Positions 1-12,217 of a stretch of 64,000 bases of DNA are shown in pieces; positions within the stretch are counted from its first letter, which is position 1, and the number at the start of each line of letters is the position of its first letter. The notes beneath the pieces were generated by a model. The model saw only the letters and a list, made by a program, of their open reading frames with translations. It searched no databases and was not told the origin of the DNA. The stretch is from NCBI GenBank assembly GCA_030141605.1, contig JAQGDQ010000019.1, positions 1,054,001-1,118,000 on the forward strand, written 5' to 3'. The DNA comes from Tubiluchus corallicola (Eukaryota; Animalia; Priapulida). The translations under genes were made by a program, and so were the position numbers.

Positions 1-130
1 CGGCACGTACCGTTTTTGCAAATTCTGACATTCTCTTCCCTTTTTTCGTAAATTATTAAAATTCACAAGCGGTATGCATGTAGATGTTATTTTTGCACAG
101 GCCGAAACCGGTGCCAAATACTTACTCAGG

Positions 131-3100
131 TTTGAGTTTAAGTTTAAGTTTATTGCACACGAAATAAAAATGAACAATATGCATTAAACTATATACATAC
201 AACCATATACATCATATCAAAACAAGCAATACACATTAAAATACGTACACGCAGTCATGCACAAAAAGTAGCATAATAATGAGGGGCGGTGGGGGTAACA
301 CGAAGAGCAAACATCTCTTACATGTGTCTATTAAAAACTAAGAAAGCATCTAGATCGACATAATTTAATCGCCGTTTAAAAAGGTTTGTATTTCGAGCTT
401 TTACTAATGGCACATCATTTACAATTCCTGGTACTATTCCAAACCGGAACAACCCATTAAAATGACCAAATATTTTTTAGCAGATCACTTGACATACAGT
501 TTAAGTGAGCTGTTGCTTCTTGTCCGACTAGACGTAGCTAATGCAAAAAATTGTCTCTGTCAATATTTATATCTTTATGTGTGATTTCATAACACAGTAC
601 TAAATCTTTATGTAACCTTCTTTCCTCTATGATCTGAGAGATAAAAATTCAATCGTAACGGCTTACGGATGTGACACCTAAGTAATAGAAGCGTCTGGTA
701 AAATACCTTTGAAGTGATTCAATTTTATCAACATTAGTCAACAACATGGGCTCCACACAGATGATCAATGTTTTATTATTGTTGTGGGCTATACTCACCT
801 GCCCAGTCACATTTGCACTTAAAGCCTATACGGAATATACAGCTAACGCGTGTGTTCATGATTTTGCTTTTTGCTTTTTTCTTGCCGTAAAAGATCTTGT
901 GCAGCTAAAATTCGTTAGTAGTTAATATCTGACTCACCGTTGGGGGTCAATGCACACGGGAGGCTACATGAACAGCTGAAACCATTAAAAATTAATAAAA
1001 ATCGTGCTATGTACTCAGAAAAGTTTTCTAATGTTTTATTATTACACTGTACTATAATTTATTACTGCTGGCTACATGTAGAATATGTCCTGCTAAATCA
1101 AGACAAACGCATTGCGACAAGATATTCCAGACACAGGGATACTGTACAGCAAAAATAGGATTTCGTTGGTTGAGTATGTATGAACGCACAGTAGTATAGT
1201 TAAGTAGTTCAGCTAGGCTAACTTATTTGATTTTTATTTAATTTATTCAAAATTCGTGTTTATGTTAGAATTAGGCACAAGACACTAACATAATTTGCTT
1301 TTGGTGTAAGTAAAAATGTTGTAAAAATTTTGCTTTACAACACAACATGTAAATATCCTTGCGTATAATAATTAAGTCCTCTTTGTAAGGATTTACTAGA
1401 GAAGTTCTTATAGTTTGGTTTGTATCACAATGATACATTTTCCGGGAATCGCTAATGAATAATCGCTAACTTAACATTCACCAGTCTCCGTTTTTTCACG
1501 CTTGTTTATACACTGTAGCGATTTGCTCTGAGTGTTTGTAAGAACGTGTGTTCAAGGTGGGTGGGGGGTAAACGCAGCTTGCCATCTATCTATTCTATTA
1601 ACCTTTGCCGCAACTTCTATACAGTATACAGTGAGTGGTCCATTCCAAATTATCTGAGAATGTACACCAAGATCACACATATTTGCGTACAACAGGCAAC
1701 TCATTTTCTGACAACTTATAAATTATGTAAATTCTGAGTTTTCATATCCAATATGCATAACATTACATTTCGGTATTGCAATTGACAATTGCCACATATT
1801 TGGCCATTGAACCAATGCATCTAGAGCACACTGACTATCAGTGTTTTGATTCCGTGAGCAATTTTGATACAAATTTAACGTCATCTGCAAATAATTTAAC
1901 AGTTGTAGAGTCAACTGTTTCTAGCAAATCATTAACAAACATCAAGAACAATAGAGGACCAAACACACTTCTTTGTGGCACTCCAGAAATTACGTTAACA
2001 TAATCAGAACAAACATTACCAATGACTACATTATGCTGTTTTCTAGATGACAAAAAACTGCGAATCCAAAACAACAACTTACCTGTAATTCCCATAGATT
2101 CTAATTTTGAAGAATTTTGAAGTCAATATAGACTATATCTAAGACACTGCTGTTACTTATAGAATACTAAAATCATACAAGCATTCAAGCAAGCAACTGT
2201 GTATTTGTTGACCTGAGTGTTAAAAAACATGCTGTATTTAGGCAATAAGTTGTTACATTTGAGATATTTTAACATTTCATCAGCCGTACGCATTTCCATT
2301 ATTTTGCAAGAAGCACATGTAAGAAACACGGATCTGTAATTGTCCGGATCGACTTAGGCCTGTGTTTTTTAACCATTCTTTTTATAACAACTGACGATAA
2401 ATCAACAAAATTAAGCATCATTTCAGCTGAGACACTGCGAGTAACTACAGGCATGGCACCGTTATCCGAAGTGAAATGAGATTCGAAACATTCATTCAAA
2501 ATCTGTGCTTTTGGTTTGTCATCTATTATGACTGAGCCATTACTGTCCCTGAGGGGGGACATCATTACCATTAGATCTCATTTTAACCACATAATTCAAA
2601 AAATTGTTAGTATCACCATTTTTTGTTATTCTTTTACATTCATTGTTAACACTGTTATATTCATTTTGGAGATACACAGAATCTTGTCTTTTACGACGTT
2701 TATAAAGTTTACGTTTACGAATCATGATTCTTCTTACATGAGAATGACGCCAATCACTCATACTTTTTTTATAATTTGAAAACAATTATAAAGTTACAAT
2801 TTATAAACACATTAACCCTACATTTTAAGGTCGCTGGCCAAACCAGTCCAATCAGCATTATCAAAATCTAGTTTAATAATATTAGGTGTTCGTTCTTTGT
2901 TATGATAGGCCCTTGACATTGAAAAATAATGGCTGAGTGGTGTGTTGTAAAGACAGGTTCACATACATTTACATTGTATACAAAAGCTTGATCCGTACAC
3001 AAAATCAAATCTAGAAAACTTTCGCGGTTTGCAATTTTGTCTACTCTTGTTGGAGACGTGACTAATTGTTCTAAACCTTGTTCAATTACGAAGTCAATAA

Positions 3101-4962
3101 AAGGACTGTAAAGCGAAGATTCTTCTAGGAAACAATGAATGCATGTCACTTAATTTCCGGAAGACTAGTCACCCAGAAGGACAACTGGCCAGTTAACATT
3201 TGACACGTATGACAGACATTCAAAAAGTTTAACTAATAAGTCATAATTTGCTTGCGGTGATCTATAAAGTGCAACAAATGGCATGGACGTTGCCCATAAA
3301 TGTCTATAGCCAAAATTTCTAAATCATTGTAATGTTCGGGTATATTGACAACCGAGAGTTCCATTTGCAATATAACCATAAACATGACTCCCCCGGCTGT
3401 ACTTTTTAGAATCAGATATTACACCAGTAGTAATATTTTCATTAAGCCATGTCTCGGATATCGAAATTACGTCATAATCAGTTTCACTTTCAAAAGCTTT
3501 GAATTCATGAATTTTGTTTCCAAACACTTGACGTTGCAGTAAAAACCGAGAGATTTATAAATGCTAAATTTATGTTTGTTATAATTTTCATTTTTCCTTA
3601 ACTCTTGTAGGCTTGCAGATCGGGTCAACAACAATTTCTCAAGCCAACAGTTTTCATTTTCTTTGCTTTTTAATAAATCATAATCTACAGAGGTCTGAAT
3701 TATCAGCCAATTGAAATCTTCACAATTCGTTTTACATTTTGTTATGAAATGAGCGGAATCTATCGTGGTGCGAAATTTACCAATTAAGTTGTCAATATCG
3801 TTAAAAGGTGTGTAGTCTGAAAATATTAGCGTATTTTTCAACGGTAGTCCACCCACGTTTGAGTTATCATTACTTTTTATTATTATTTGTGAGTCTACTT
3901 TAAAACTACCTGCTATAAAATCTAATGCATCATATATATGTTCTGTGTTCACATGGAAAAGACCTGAGAAATGTTGCTAAAAGAGCACGTTCAACTGAAT
4001 ACTTGCAAACAATTACGTTCGTTTGAAAAGTACAATTTACACCATTCAGTTTTTATAGTAAAAAACCTCTCACTAGGCTTACTGTCATGTAAAACTACAA
4101 TTCTATAAACAGGTAGCCTGTCCCAATTAGTAGGACAGGCAAGACTCGCAGTGTCAAAATTAAAGTTGCTGTCTTGCTCAAAAGAGTCAAACAATAAAGC
4201 CGGAAGCAGTAAAGGCAACGAATTGACATTGTAGGCTAGCAAAAAAGAATCAACAAACTTAATGCAGACCAGAACATAATTTGGAAAACAACAGGTTTTC
4301 TTTCTTCGAGTTGTGCTCCACCAGACCCAAATCTGCTACGCCGAATCATTGTGCGCGTGATGGTTTCCATTGATGGGTTGTCCATTTCGACTTGAACGAT
4401 GCCGTCCTTGCGCGGAAGAAGTCCTTGTTCTTTAATCACCAGCTTATTTTTACCAATGGAGTTCACAAAAGCCTCTAGATATGCGTGTGTCACCCGTTCC
4501 TGTTTGGTTGAATATAGCACATTTTTAAACACGCGCGAATCATTCAGTTTTGATTTGTTTTTCAGTACATCATTCCTTTCTTCTCTGGATTTTAATGATG
4601 CTAAAAAATCCAGTCTTGTTCGGGTTCCTCAATTCTAATCTCTCTGCTGATTTAAGTTCGATATTTTTCAGTTTCAGCTCGTTTTTTATCGAACTGTTTA
4701 CTGTGCAGTACTTTGTTTGCTCCTCTTCTTCATTATTGCGGAGCAAGTTACAAATCACAATTGAACAAGAGGCATCAGCAGACATACCTGTTACTTTTTT
4801 CGACGCCTGTTTGGCTGTTTTGTCTCCTATTTCTGCTAGTTTTTGAGAAATGTCTTTGATTTGACGATTCATCTCGGATTTGTATGTTTCCGTATCAGAC
4901 GCAACCATATTTTTAATTTGCCTTGTTAGTTTTTGTTCTAAAATAAGCATTTGCTTGCTCAT
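131..4962 (-). mobile_element. Degenerate near-full-length non-LTR retrotransposon (CR1/L2-type LINE), interrupted by an insertion at about 780-1595
   Basis: Minus-strand fragments lie in LINE order. ORF1-like coiled-coil at 4570-4962 and 4236-4532; endonuclease DVISISETWL (3324-3527) and EQLVTSPTR..LDLIL (2868-3149); RT SGVPQRSVFGPLLFLMFVNDL..LFADD (1838-2095); WQLSIAIPKCNVMHIG, DLGV (~1663), SVWSP (~750), VVPVWNS (~440); then AATAAA plus an (ACTTAA)n-like tail at 131-155. Many stops and frameshifts. Confidence 0.9.
780..1595 (+). repeat. Dispersed non-coding repeat, copy 1 (unclassified transposon) inserted in the LINE
   Basis: Colinear with 44930-45800 plus 46480-46517; shared strings include TACTGCTGGCTACATGTAGAATATGTCCTGCTAAATCA and AGTAGTATAGTTAAGTAGTTCAGCTAGGCTAAC. 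Confidence 0.85.
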
Positions 4963-5582
4963 TCTTATTTTTGTTGTACATGCTTCATAAAAATTGCTAA
5001 GGCTACGTAATGAGCGATTGATTCACCATTAGATCAGGCTGGCATGTATACTGGGTAACTATAAGCACAATAACGCAGAGTTTTTCTCGACTTCCGCCTC
5101 TATTGGGGTAAGCCCTGAAAATTTCAAAGTGCTACTTCTCCGTTCTTCTCCGGAAACTGAGCGCAGTTTCGACGCTGATGTCTATGCATGCGTCAGGGTG
5201 TAAAGGAGCCCGCATTTCGATTTTTCCTAACGAAGGTTCTCAGATTTGGAAGGAGTTATAATGACCGATGCCTTGCCCGGAAGGATACTTGTTGGTTGAA
5301 TTAAGCAGATTTATCTAAAATTTAAAACCTTCTTCTCTTGCTGGTGTGAAATTACTAGCCGTTTATTTGCCCAAATTTTATAGATGCTGTTCAACAGTCT
5401 TCCACAACTTTAATTCACAGATGAGACTTCTGTCTGATTGGCAGAGGTTTCGTGTATTTCAGCTGCTGCTTTTGTACCAACTGCACTATTTGGACATAAC
5501 AGGGCTAACGGGCACGGCTTGGACCTAGAGTGCTGTACATATACAAAAATAATTTATTATTATTATGCATTGATTTTACTAG

Positions 5583-8500
5583 GACTGCAACAATAGCAGA
5601 CAAACAAGGTGTTGTTAGCATAAACGCGACAGCGGAAGGCAGTAGTGACTATCTACCAGCGTTATATGATTACTATCTTCGCTGCTGGAATATCGATGCT
5701 ATTGTCTGTGAGTTTGATGGAAAAATTGTAAGTAGTGATGAGTAGCTATGTAAGTCTTTAAAGGGGAATGGAAGCATTTTATAAGTTCAAGCTTAGGTAA
5801 TGAAAGTGAATAGCACATCCCTTTTCACTGAACGCAAATCCACCGGGAACGCAAATCCACCGGGAACGCAGCCCGTACAATAGGGATGCGCAATTGTAGC
5901 CTTTATTTATCGTCGTCGTCGTAAGCAGTAATACCTACACCACACAGAACAAAAACAATAAAGACAATTTAATTTAATTCTGTGACCTAACAAATCTTTT
6001 TGATAACGAAGCCACTAAAGATGGAACTTAACTTTCGATAAGTTTGAGACTCATACTTAATTCGCGACATGGATAGGCCTTGATAAATGACATCAGGGTT
6101 TAAATAAAAATTATGCTGCAACCAAATTTTGGACATGCTATGACTATACCAAAGTGTCAAAAAATGTAGGGAACACTCTTTTGAAGAGATGACATTTTAA
6201 GTGCCGTTTGAAAGGCATTAAGTACTGCCCCGCCGATTTAGGATTAAAATTGGCAGCTAAGTTCGCCTCCTGCAACTAAGTAAAAAATAGCGGGTAAAAC
6301 TTAGTAAAAAAAACAAAAACTAGGGACAGAACACCTGCTGTAATACACTATGTTTGAAAATGCAGTGGCTGCCGTTTATTTTATAACACAGTTGCTATGC
6401 TCGCAGCCTCGCTCCGACAGTTACCGGTGCCTAACCCTGGTCACGTACGCTAATTGAAAATCAAGATGGCGCGAAGCAGGTTGCTTTTGTCTCGATGTAG
6501 CAAAAAATTAACCAATTTAATTGCTTCTTCTGGTAAAACAAAGTTTAGGCCACGTTGCGAGACAAGCGATTTTAAACTATGCTACATGTGAATTAATTTA
6601 AAGTTTTAACCATACTTTGCAGTGTGCTTCCATTCCCATTTAATGGCAGTCTAAGCTGCAATACAATTCTAAGCCGTAAAGAAGTATAGTTAGGCCTACT
6701 TTGTTACTTCTTTTACAAGGTATTAAAAACTGCAACACGAGTAGGATATATTCCTCATGAAATTGATAATGAATGATGTAAACTTTCATTCCAGTCATAA
6801 TTGTGACTGACTGATATGCTACTTCTATCCAATTACATACATTGTACCCTGTGCATGTATTGTTTTAGTGTTGGTGAATAAAGAATGCATGTGTGGAATA
6901 CTCCCTTGTCGATGTTATATATCCAAATATAATTGGTATATTTATATTGAAGATACTGAGCTGTTCAAATAGTGACTTATTTAAACAAGAAATTAAAGCA
7001 TGTGAAGCTATACACTAGGTCTGTAATAAATTACAGGACGGAGTCATAAAGTTCTGAGATTTTTTGCATTCACACCACAAAAGTCAAGGACATAAATTTT
7101 TAAGGTCTGTTATTTATACACACAATTTAAACTAAGGACTGTGAACGCTGTTTACAGATCCAAGTTCATGTCAGGTTTTTACCTAAATGTAGATATTGGA
7201 CCAGATTGCGTCCAAACTCGAAAGACAGTGAATTTACCAAATGACAATATAAAATTAATGATATAAACCGCAATTTTTGTAAACACTGCTTGCCAGCCAG
7301 TCTTTTGCTCCCGTGTTTGTTCTGTCTGTCAGTCCACCTGTCTGCCTATCTATTTTTCATTTTTATTCAGATTGGTTTTGCTTTTTATTCCCTTATCGAT
7401 GGTGGAGAAACGCTTGTTCCCCGTGGAGGTCGTCTTGACGTTGACCATCAAGAAAAAGGAGTAGCTGCATTAGTGCGAACGCATTACCTTAAGAAACTCT
7501 TCAAAGAAAAGAGAATATTAAGAGTGAAAGGCAGGGCAAGCATTGCTGTCGTTGATAAAGGACGTAACAAATTAACCAAAAAGTTTCAAAAACACCTGTT
7601 TTGTGAAAGCGTAAGTAGTCATCGACGTTACTGTTGCACAGAGCAAAATTATGTTCTTAAATTTCAGCTCAAATTAAAAAAGTAGTAAAACGGCACTTAA
7701 TTTCTCTTGGGTATACCTGACCCTGCTTACACTCTCAACTATCCTAGCTTGATTGGTTACAATGACGTAACGTGCTTTGGCTCTGGCTTTTCTACTTAGT
7801 TTCTCGCTGCTACCAGCCTACCGCCAATATAATTTGTGAAAATTTATATTCACTATTAATCTGCTCTATTTCGTGCTCGAGCTGCAAAAGTTACAAACAA
7901 ATACGGAAAAAAGCAAAAATTCAATTGTTCTTTTCTTCAGAGCTGTGATTCTCATAATTAGAAGTATATGGCTTCCAAGGAAGGAATTTCAAATACATAT
8001 AGAAACAAATTGGAGAGGAATTTCAGTCAGCACAGTTAACAATGCCGGCTGGGACTTTCAGAACCTCTGCTCTAGCACTAGCAAATTGAGAGTCGCTGCT
8101 ACCAGCGCTGCGGCTGTGTGTATAGACTTTATTCCGTTGTGACGTGAATATATTCATAATTCTTGATTTTTCGTTTGCAGTTTATTATTTATTCGACATC
8201 CAACAGAGCATCTGAGATCTTAAAGTGCTTCCAACATGGTGAATTGCCATATCCTGACTTCAGCAGACTGATTCAACTAAGCGCCACCCAGACTCGTTCT
8301 CTTTTGCTATCGCCTGACATTTACCAAAAGCTGTTTTACGGAGAAACAGTCATTATTAACGGGGTACCTTACAAGTGTAAAGCAGAAAACATCCTGGAGG
8401 TAGTAGATAGCGAAAACCTAACGGTTTTTGTTAATGTGCCAAACAGGAGTGAAAACAGCAGTAGTGTAAGCTTTGGTTGCGAAATTTACGTACTTTCAGG

Positions 8501-8807
8501 AAATAACGTTCGTTATGATATACACATCTATGCGAAAGACAAAGATCTGATTAAAGCTCATCTTATTGCTCAAATTTATTCAGCAGCTGTTACACATAAA
8601 ACTTACAATATACGCTTTTCTGTAGTAGTAGAACCCCCGGTAATAAGGCAAAGCATTACTGACATTCTGCATAAGTTCGGAGTAGTAGAAGATACGTCAT
8701 GGCATGCGTTTAACGACATGCAACTGATTGGTATTATGGTTCCTATGAGCGAAGTCGTTAAAAAATATGGTAAATTTTTGAATATGAGGTTGCCTTCGTT
8801 ACTGTAA
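5583..8807 (+). CDS. NAT16/histidine N-acetyltransferase-like GNAT protein; exons 5583-5727, 7371-7610, 8181-8807; 5' exon and start codon not resolved
   Basis: Phase-compatible GT-AG junctions give RTATIAD..SDYLPALYDYYL..VCEFDGKI|IGFAFYSLIDGGETLVPRGGRLDVDHQEKGV..|..LFYGETVIINGVPY..YDIHIY.. . The DYLP and LIDGGET motifs and the acetyl-CoA binding motif A region resemble the NAT16 family. AATAAA overlaps the stop at 8806. Confidence 0.75.
5762..6639. mobile_element. TTAA-flanked non-autonomous DNA transposon (Kolobok-like MITE)
   Basis: TIR AGGGGAATGGAAGCA ... TGCTTCCATTCCCAT (14/15 match), with TTAA on both sides (5758-5761, 6640-6643). Confidence 0.75.
5830..5869 (+). repeat. 17-bp tandem repeat GAACGCAAATCCACCGG x2.4
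   Basis: Direct reading. Confidence 0.8.
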
Positions 8808-10436
8808 TAAAGTTTACAGCACTGTGAATGATACACGTAACACACTGTTTAAATCCCTCATCCCACCTCCTTCGCAGTCTACAGAGCTTTGTTTAAACCA
8901 TTTTACGGTGATAAGTTTTTAACTTTTTATCAATAAGTATTTTTATCAGGTTTTCCAGTTCAGAAATATATGTGTTTGTACTATAGGTGCAATTGGATTG
9001 TGAGTGATATTATTACAGTGCGTAATTTAACGCCATTATTGATCATTTCTTGTGGCCTAAATATGCCATAAAATTTGGTTTCCAAATTATTAAAGCAAAA
9101 CCAGACCTAATTTTAAACTGCAGGGCAAAACAATCTACTCTTTAAAATATGGAAAGGAAAGATACAATTTTTTTAGAAAATGACATACGTGAAAGAATTA
9201 TTACCACACTGACTCAATATCACGTTCGTGTCACTAGTTCTTCGCTGTTATATGCATTTCGCCATTCGCTAGTTAGACGGGCCCTAATGCCTGCATTTCA
9301 GAAAGCGTTGCACAAAAAACAGGTACTTTACCTCTCAGTTCAGATGTGTTCGTTTGTGACAAACTTCACACGTTCGTCAACTCATGCGTGAGCACCGCGG
9401 TAAATTTGAAATTGGGATTTGTATCTTAAAACTTGCCTGGTTTTAGTACAACACACTGAATGTCTTACAGCAGCACCGTACTTCAATTTTCGCTTTCGCA
9501 AACACGTACTACACGCTCGTGTAAATTTTTTTGCTATTGAAAATAATGTTAGTTTGTAACGGCATCAATAGATAGGCTCGCCCACCGTTAATTAAGATTT
9601 TAACCTATTATTTAATTACCAGAAAAGCTTTTGCAGTAATAATTGTGTTAAAATGTGTACTGTTTATCGGACTTGAAAATGGGGTAGTATATGAAAAATT
9701 ATTTTGTCTTCCTTTAAATACTAAGTCTTTCCTTTGCTGAAAGAAAGCGCACGGGCGAACAAAGAAATGTGTTAGAAATCGTCATGTTTTGCACAGGTAT
9801 GCAATGTTTTAATAATTTCAATAAATTTCCTTCGATCTGAATTTGCCGAAACATTGTTTTGTTTGTTAATTTGTCGTTAACTATAATTAAAAGTGCTGTA
9901 ATAAAACATTTCCCCATGTATCGTCATAATATCTATTATAAAGAAAAGGTGTGGAAAGCGCTGTTAAGTCTGCACAGGTAGAACAATTGCAGTTTTTACG
10001 AATGAAAATTGATCAATGAAAATCTTGTGTGTCTCAGGTATCTCGGGTGAAAATCTAGTATTTTCACACTTTCAAGTTAAGCAGAGCTGAACTTGCTTGT
10101 CGCTCAGAACGGGGAGTTAGATTTGTGACTTCCAGGAGAATTAAACAAATAATAGGAACTACAGACTTCCGTAATCAAACAATAAACAAGCAATGTTGTT
10201 AGCAACTATCAGTCCAGTCAGAAATGTGACTTTCATCCCTGAACACAACATACAATCACATATATTGTAAACGGTCACTGTTTAGTAGTTTTTCTCATTG
10301 TGGCTTTCGAACTCACGAAAATAATAATATTTCATTCTTTCCTTACAACATCTTCAAATATTTTAAAAATTTCATCGTATCACTATCAGGCGGTGGATTC
10401 TTATCTTATATATTATTATTATCACAATAATTACTC

Positions 10437-10856
10437 ACATATATACTCGCATATAAGCCGAATTTAGAACTATAAAATACAATACTGAAATCAGGGGGTC
10501 GACTTATATGCGCATGAAACAAAATGAACACAAGGACAGACACTAATGCCAATTTTCCAGCCACACATTTTCATCGCTATCTGACTCTTTATTTGGTTGT
10601 GTGTCACCAGTGGTGTATTGGAGGGGGATCGTGGGGGGTCGTGGTAAGCATTTTACATCTTTATAGTAAAAAATTTCAATGAACCAAAAATACCCAATTA
10701 ACAAAAAGGGATCAATTTTATTGATTGGGTATGGAGTAAAATTAGACAAGTTGATGGTCGGCTTATGTACGGGTTTTTGCAAAAACTGGCCATTTTAAAG
10801 CAGTTTTAGGGGGTCGGCTTATATGCGATGTATGCTTATATGCGAGTATATACGGG
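10437..10856. mobile_element. Tc1/mariner-superfamily (Tc2/pogo-like) MITE
   Basis: Inverted ends TATATACTCGCATATAAGC ... GCTTATATGCGAGTATATACGG; internal repeated GGTCG(A/G)CTTAT(A/G)T motifs at ~10497, ~10756 and ~10812. Confidence 0.75.
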
Positions 10857-11524
10857 TATTTCTCATATGTCCTGTCCCATACCAAAGGCAAGGATCCATT
10901 ACTACGACTGGTAATGTTGTAGATTTTGCTCAAATATAATTTATTAACAGTTCTGCAATTACTATTACTTTTGCTTTAACAAGCTGTGTCAAATGAAAAT
11001 AAAAAAAACAAATTTTGGCTGGTAATACTGATAAAATTCATAAAACTAATTACACATACAATCTGAATCTCATCAGGTCAAAACTGTTAAACAATTCAAA
11101 ATTTAAAGAGTCCTAACATTACGACTATTAACAATATCAGAAGGAAATGCACTCCATATTTATATAGAGAAGTATATATATTTATTATATATAATATATA
11201 ACATATATGCTTAATATATTACATGTATAATACATATACATATATATATATTTACAAATCGAGTTTCAAAGACTTTTTAAAAACTACTAATCTGCAGAAA
11301 ACATGTATGTGTACAGTTGTTTTGGTTACGCAGTACAATAAATTTCAAATGTACAAAAAAGTTTTAGCGATCTGCCTATGATAACTTCTCTAACATAAAT
11401 CTATGCGTAGAAAATTAAAACTATTGACATGATACAGGGCATTAAAAGTGTACTATAATGCCATTTAATTTATACAATATCAGAAAACTCACAGCTGCTC
11501 ATAAATATGAATATGAATACATCT

Positions 11525-11572
11525 GTGTACGTGCGTGCGTGCGCGCGCGTGTGTGTGTGTGCGTGTGTGTGT
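11525..11572. repeat. Alternating purine-pyrimidine (GT/GC) microsatellite
   Basis: GTGCGTGCGTGCGCGCGCGTGTGTGTGTGT. Confidence 0.85.
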
Positions 11573-11654
11573 AATATTACTATATATATCTTTTGATGCA
11601 TGCACATTGTCTACTCATATCGCCTTTGAGAAGACCATCACTTACGCGTATTTT

Positions 11655-12090
11655 GTGATTCGAAAATCTCTAAAACTGAGTTCAAATCAACTCGGATTCG
11701 AAAATGCTAAAATTTGGCTTGATTTAATAGAGAGTATATCAGCATCGAATGTTCGAGTTTTCAATTTGAGCGAGTTTTTAATCCAAATTCAAATGGAACT
11801 TGAATAATTCACCACTTCAATTACAAAAGTTCTTTATCAATAAAACTTTTGAAACAGCTTTTAATCAGCACAGTTTAGCTGCACCATTATTAAACAAGTT
11901 ATTGATATTTATACTGTAGAACAAAACCAAGTAATATGCTTGATCTTTGCGATGCTGCATTTTATTGATCTTTAAAACCGAATTCGATTCAGATTCGAAA
12001 TCTAGTTAATTCGATTTGATTCAAGTTCAAAAGTCAAAACTTCGATTCGAATTCAATTTCTGATAGAAAATGCTCACACTCATCACTGTC
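11655..12090. mobile_element. Probable degenerate MITE rich in TTCGA motifs
   Basis: Clusters of TTCGA/TTCAA at both ends; a similar cluster occurs at 41670-42022; no clean TIR or TSD seen. Confidence 0.35.
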
Positions 12091-12217
12091 GCGGCAAATG
12101 GCAAAAATGTTTATTCGGAAGAGATGCTTACGATTATTTATTATCTATGGTCCTGACGATCGGAACAACAGCTGTGCTGCCGCACAGTGCCGGCTCTAAT
12201 ATAATTTTTATTTTAGT

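Noticed and set aside
5346-5528. Short ORF as first exon of the NAT16-like gene
   Set aside because: Ends in a stop, and no phase-2 GT donor could be confidently matched to the acceptor at 5582.
9089-9718. Possible TTAA-flanked element
   Set aside because: The terminal inverted match is too weak (about 6/8) to support a call.
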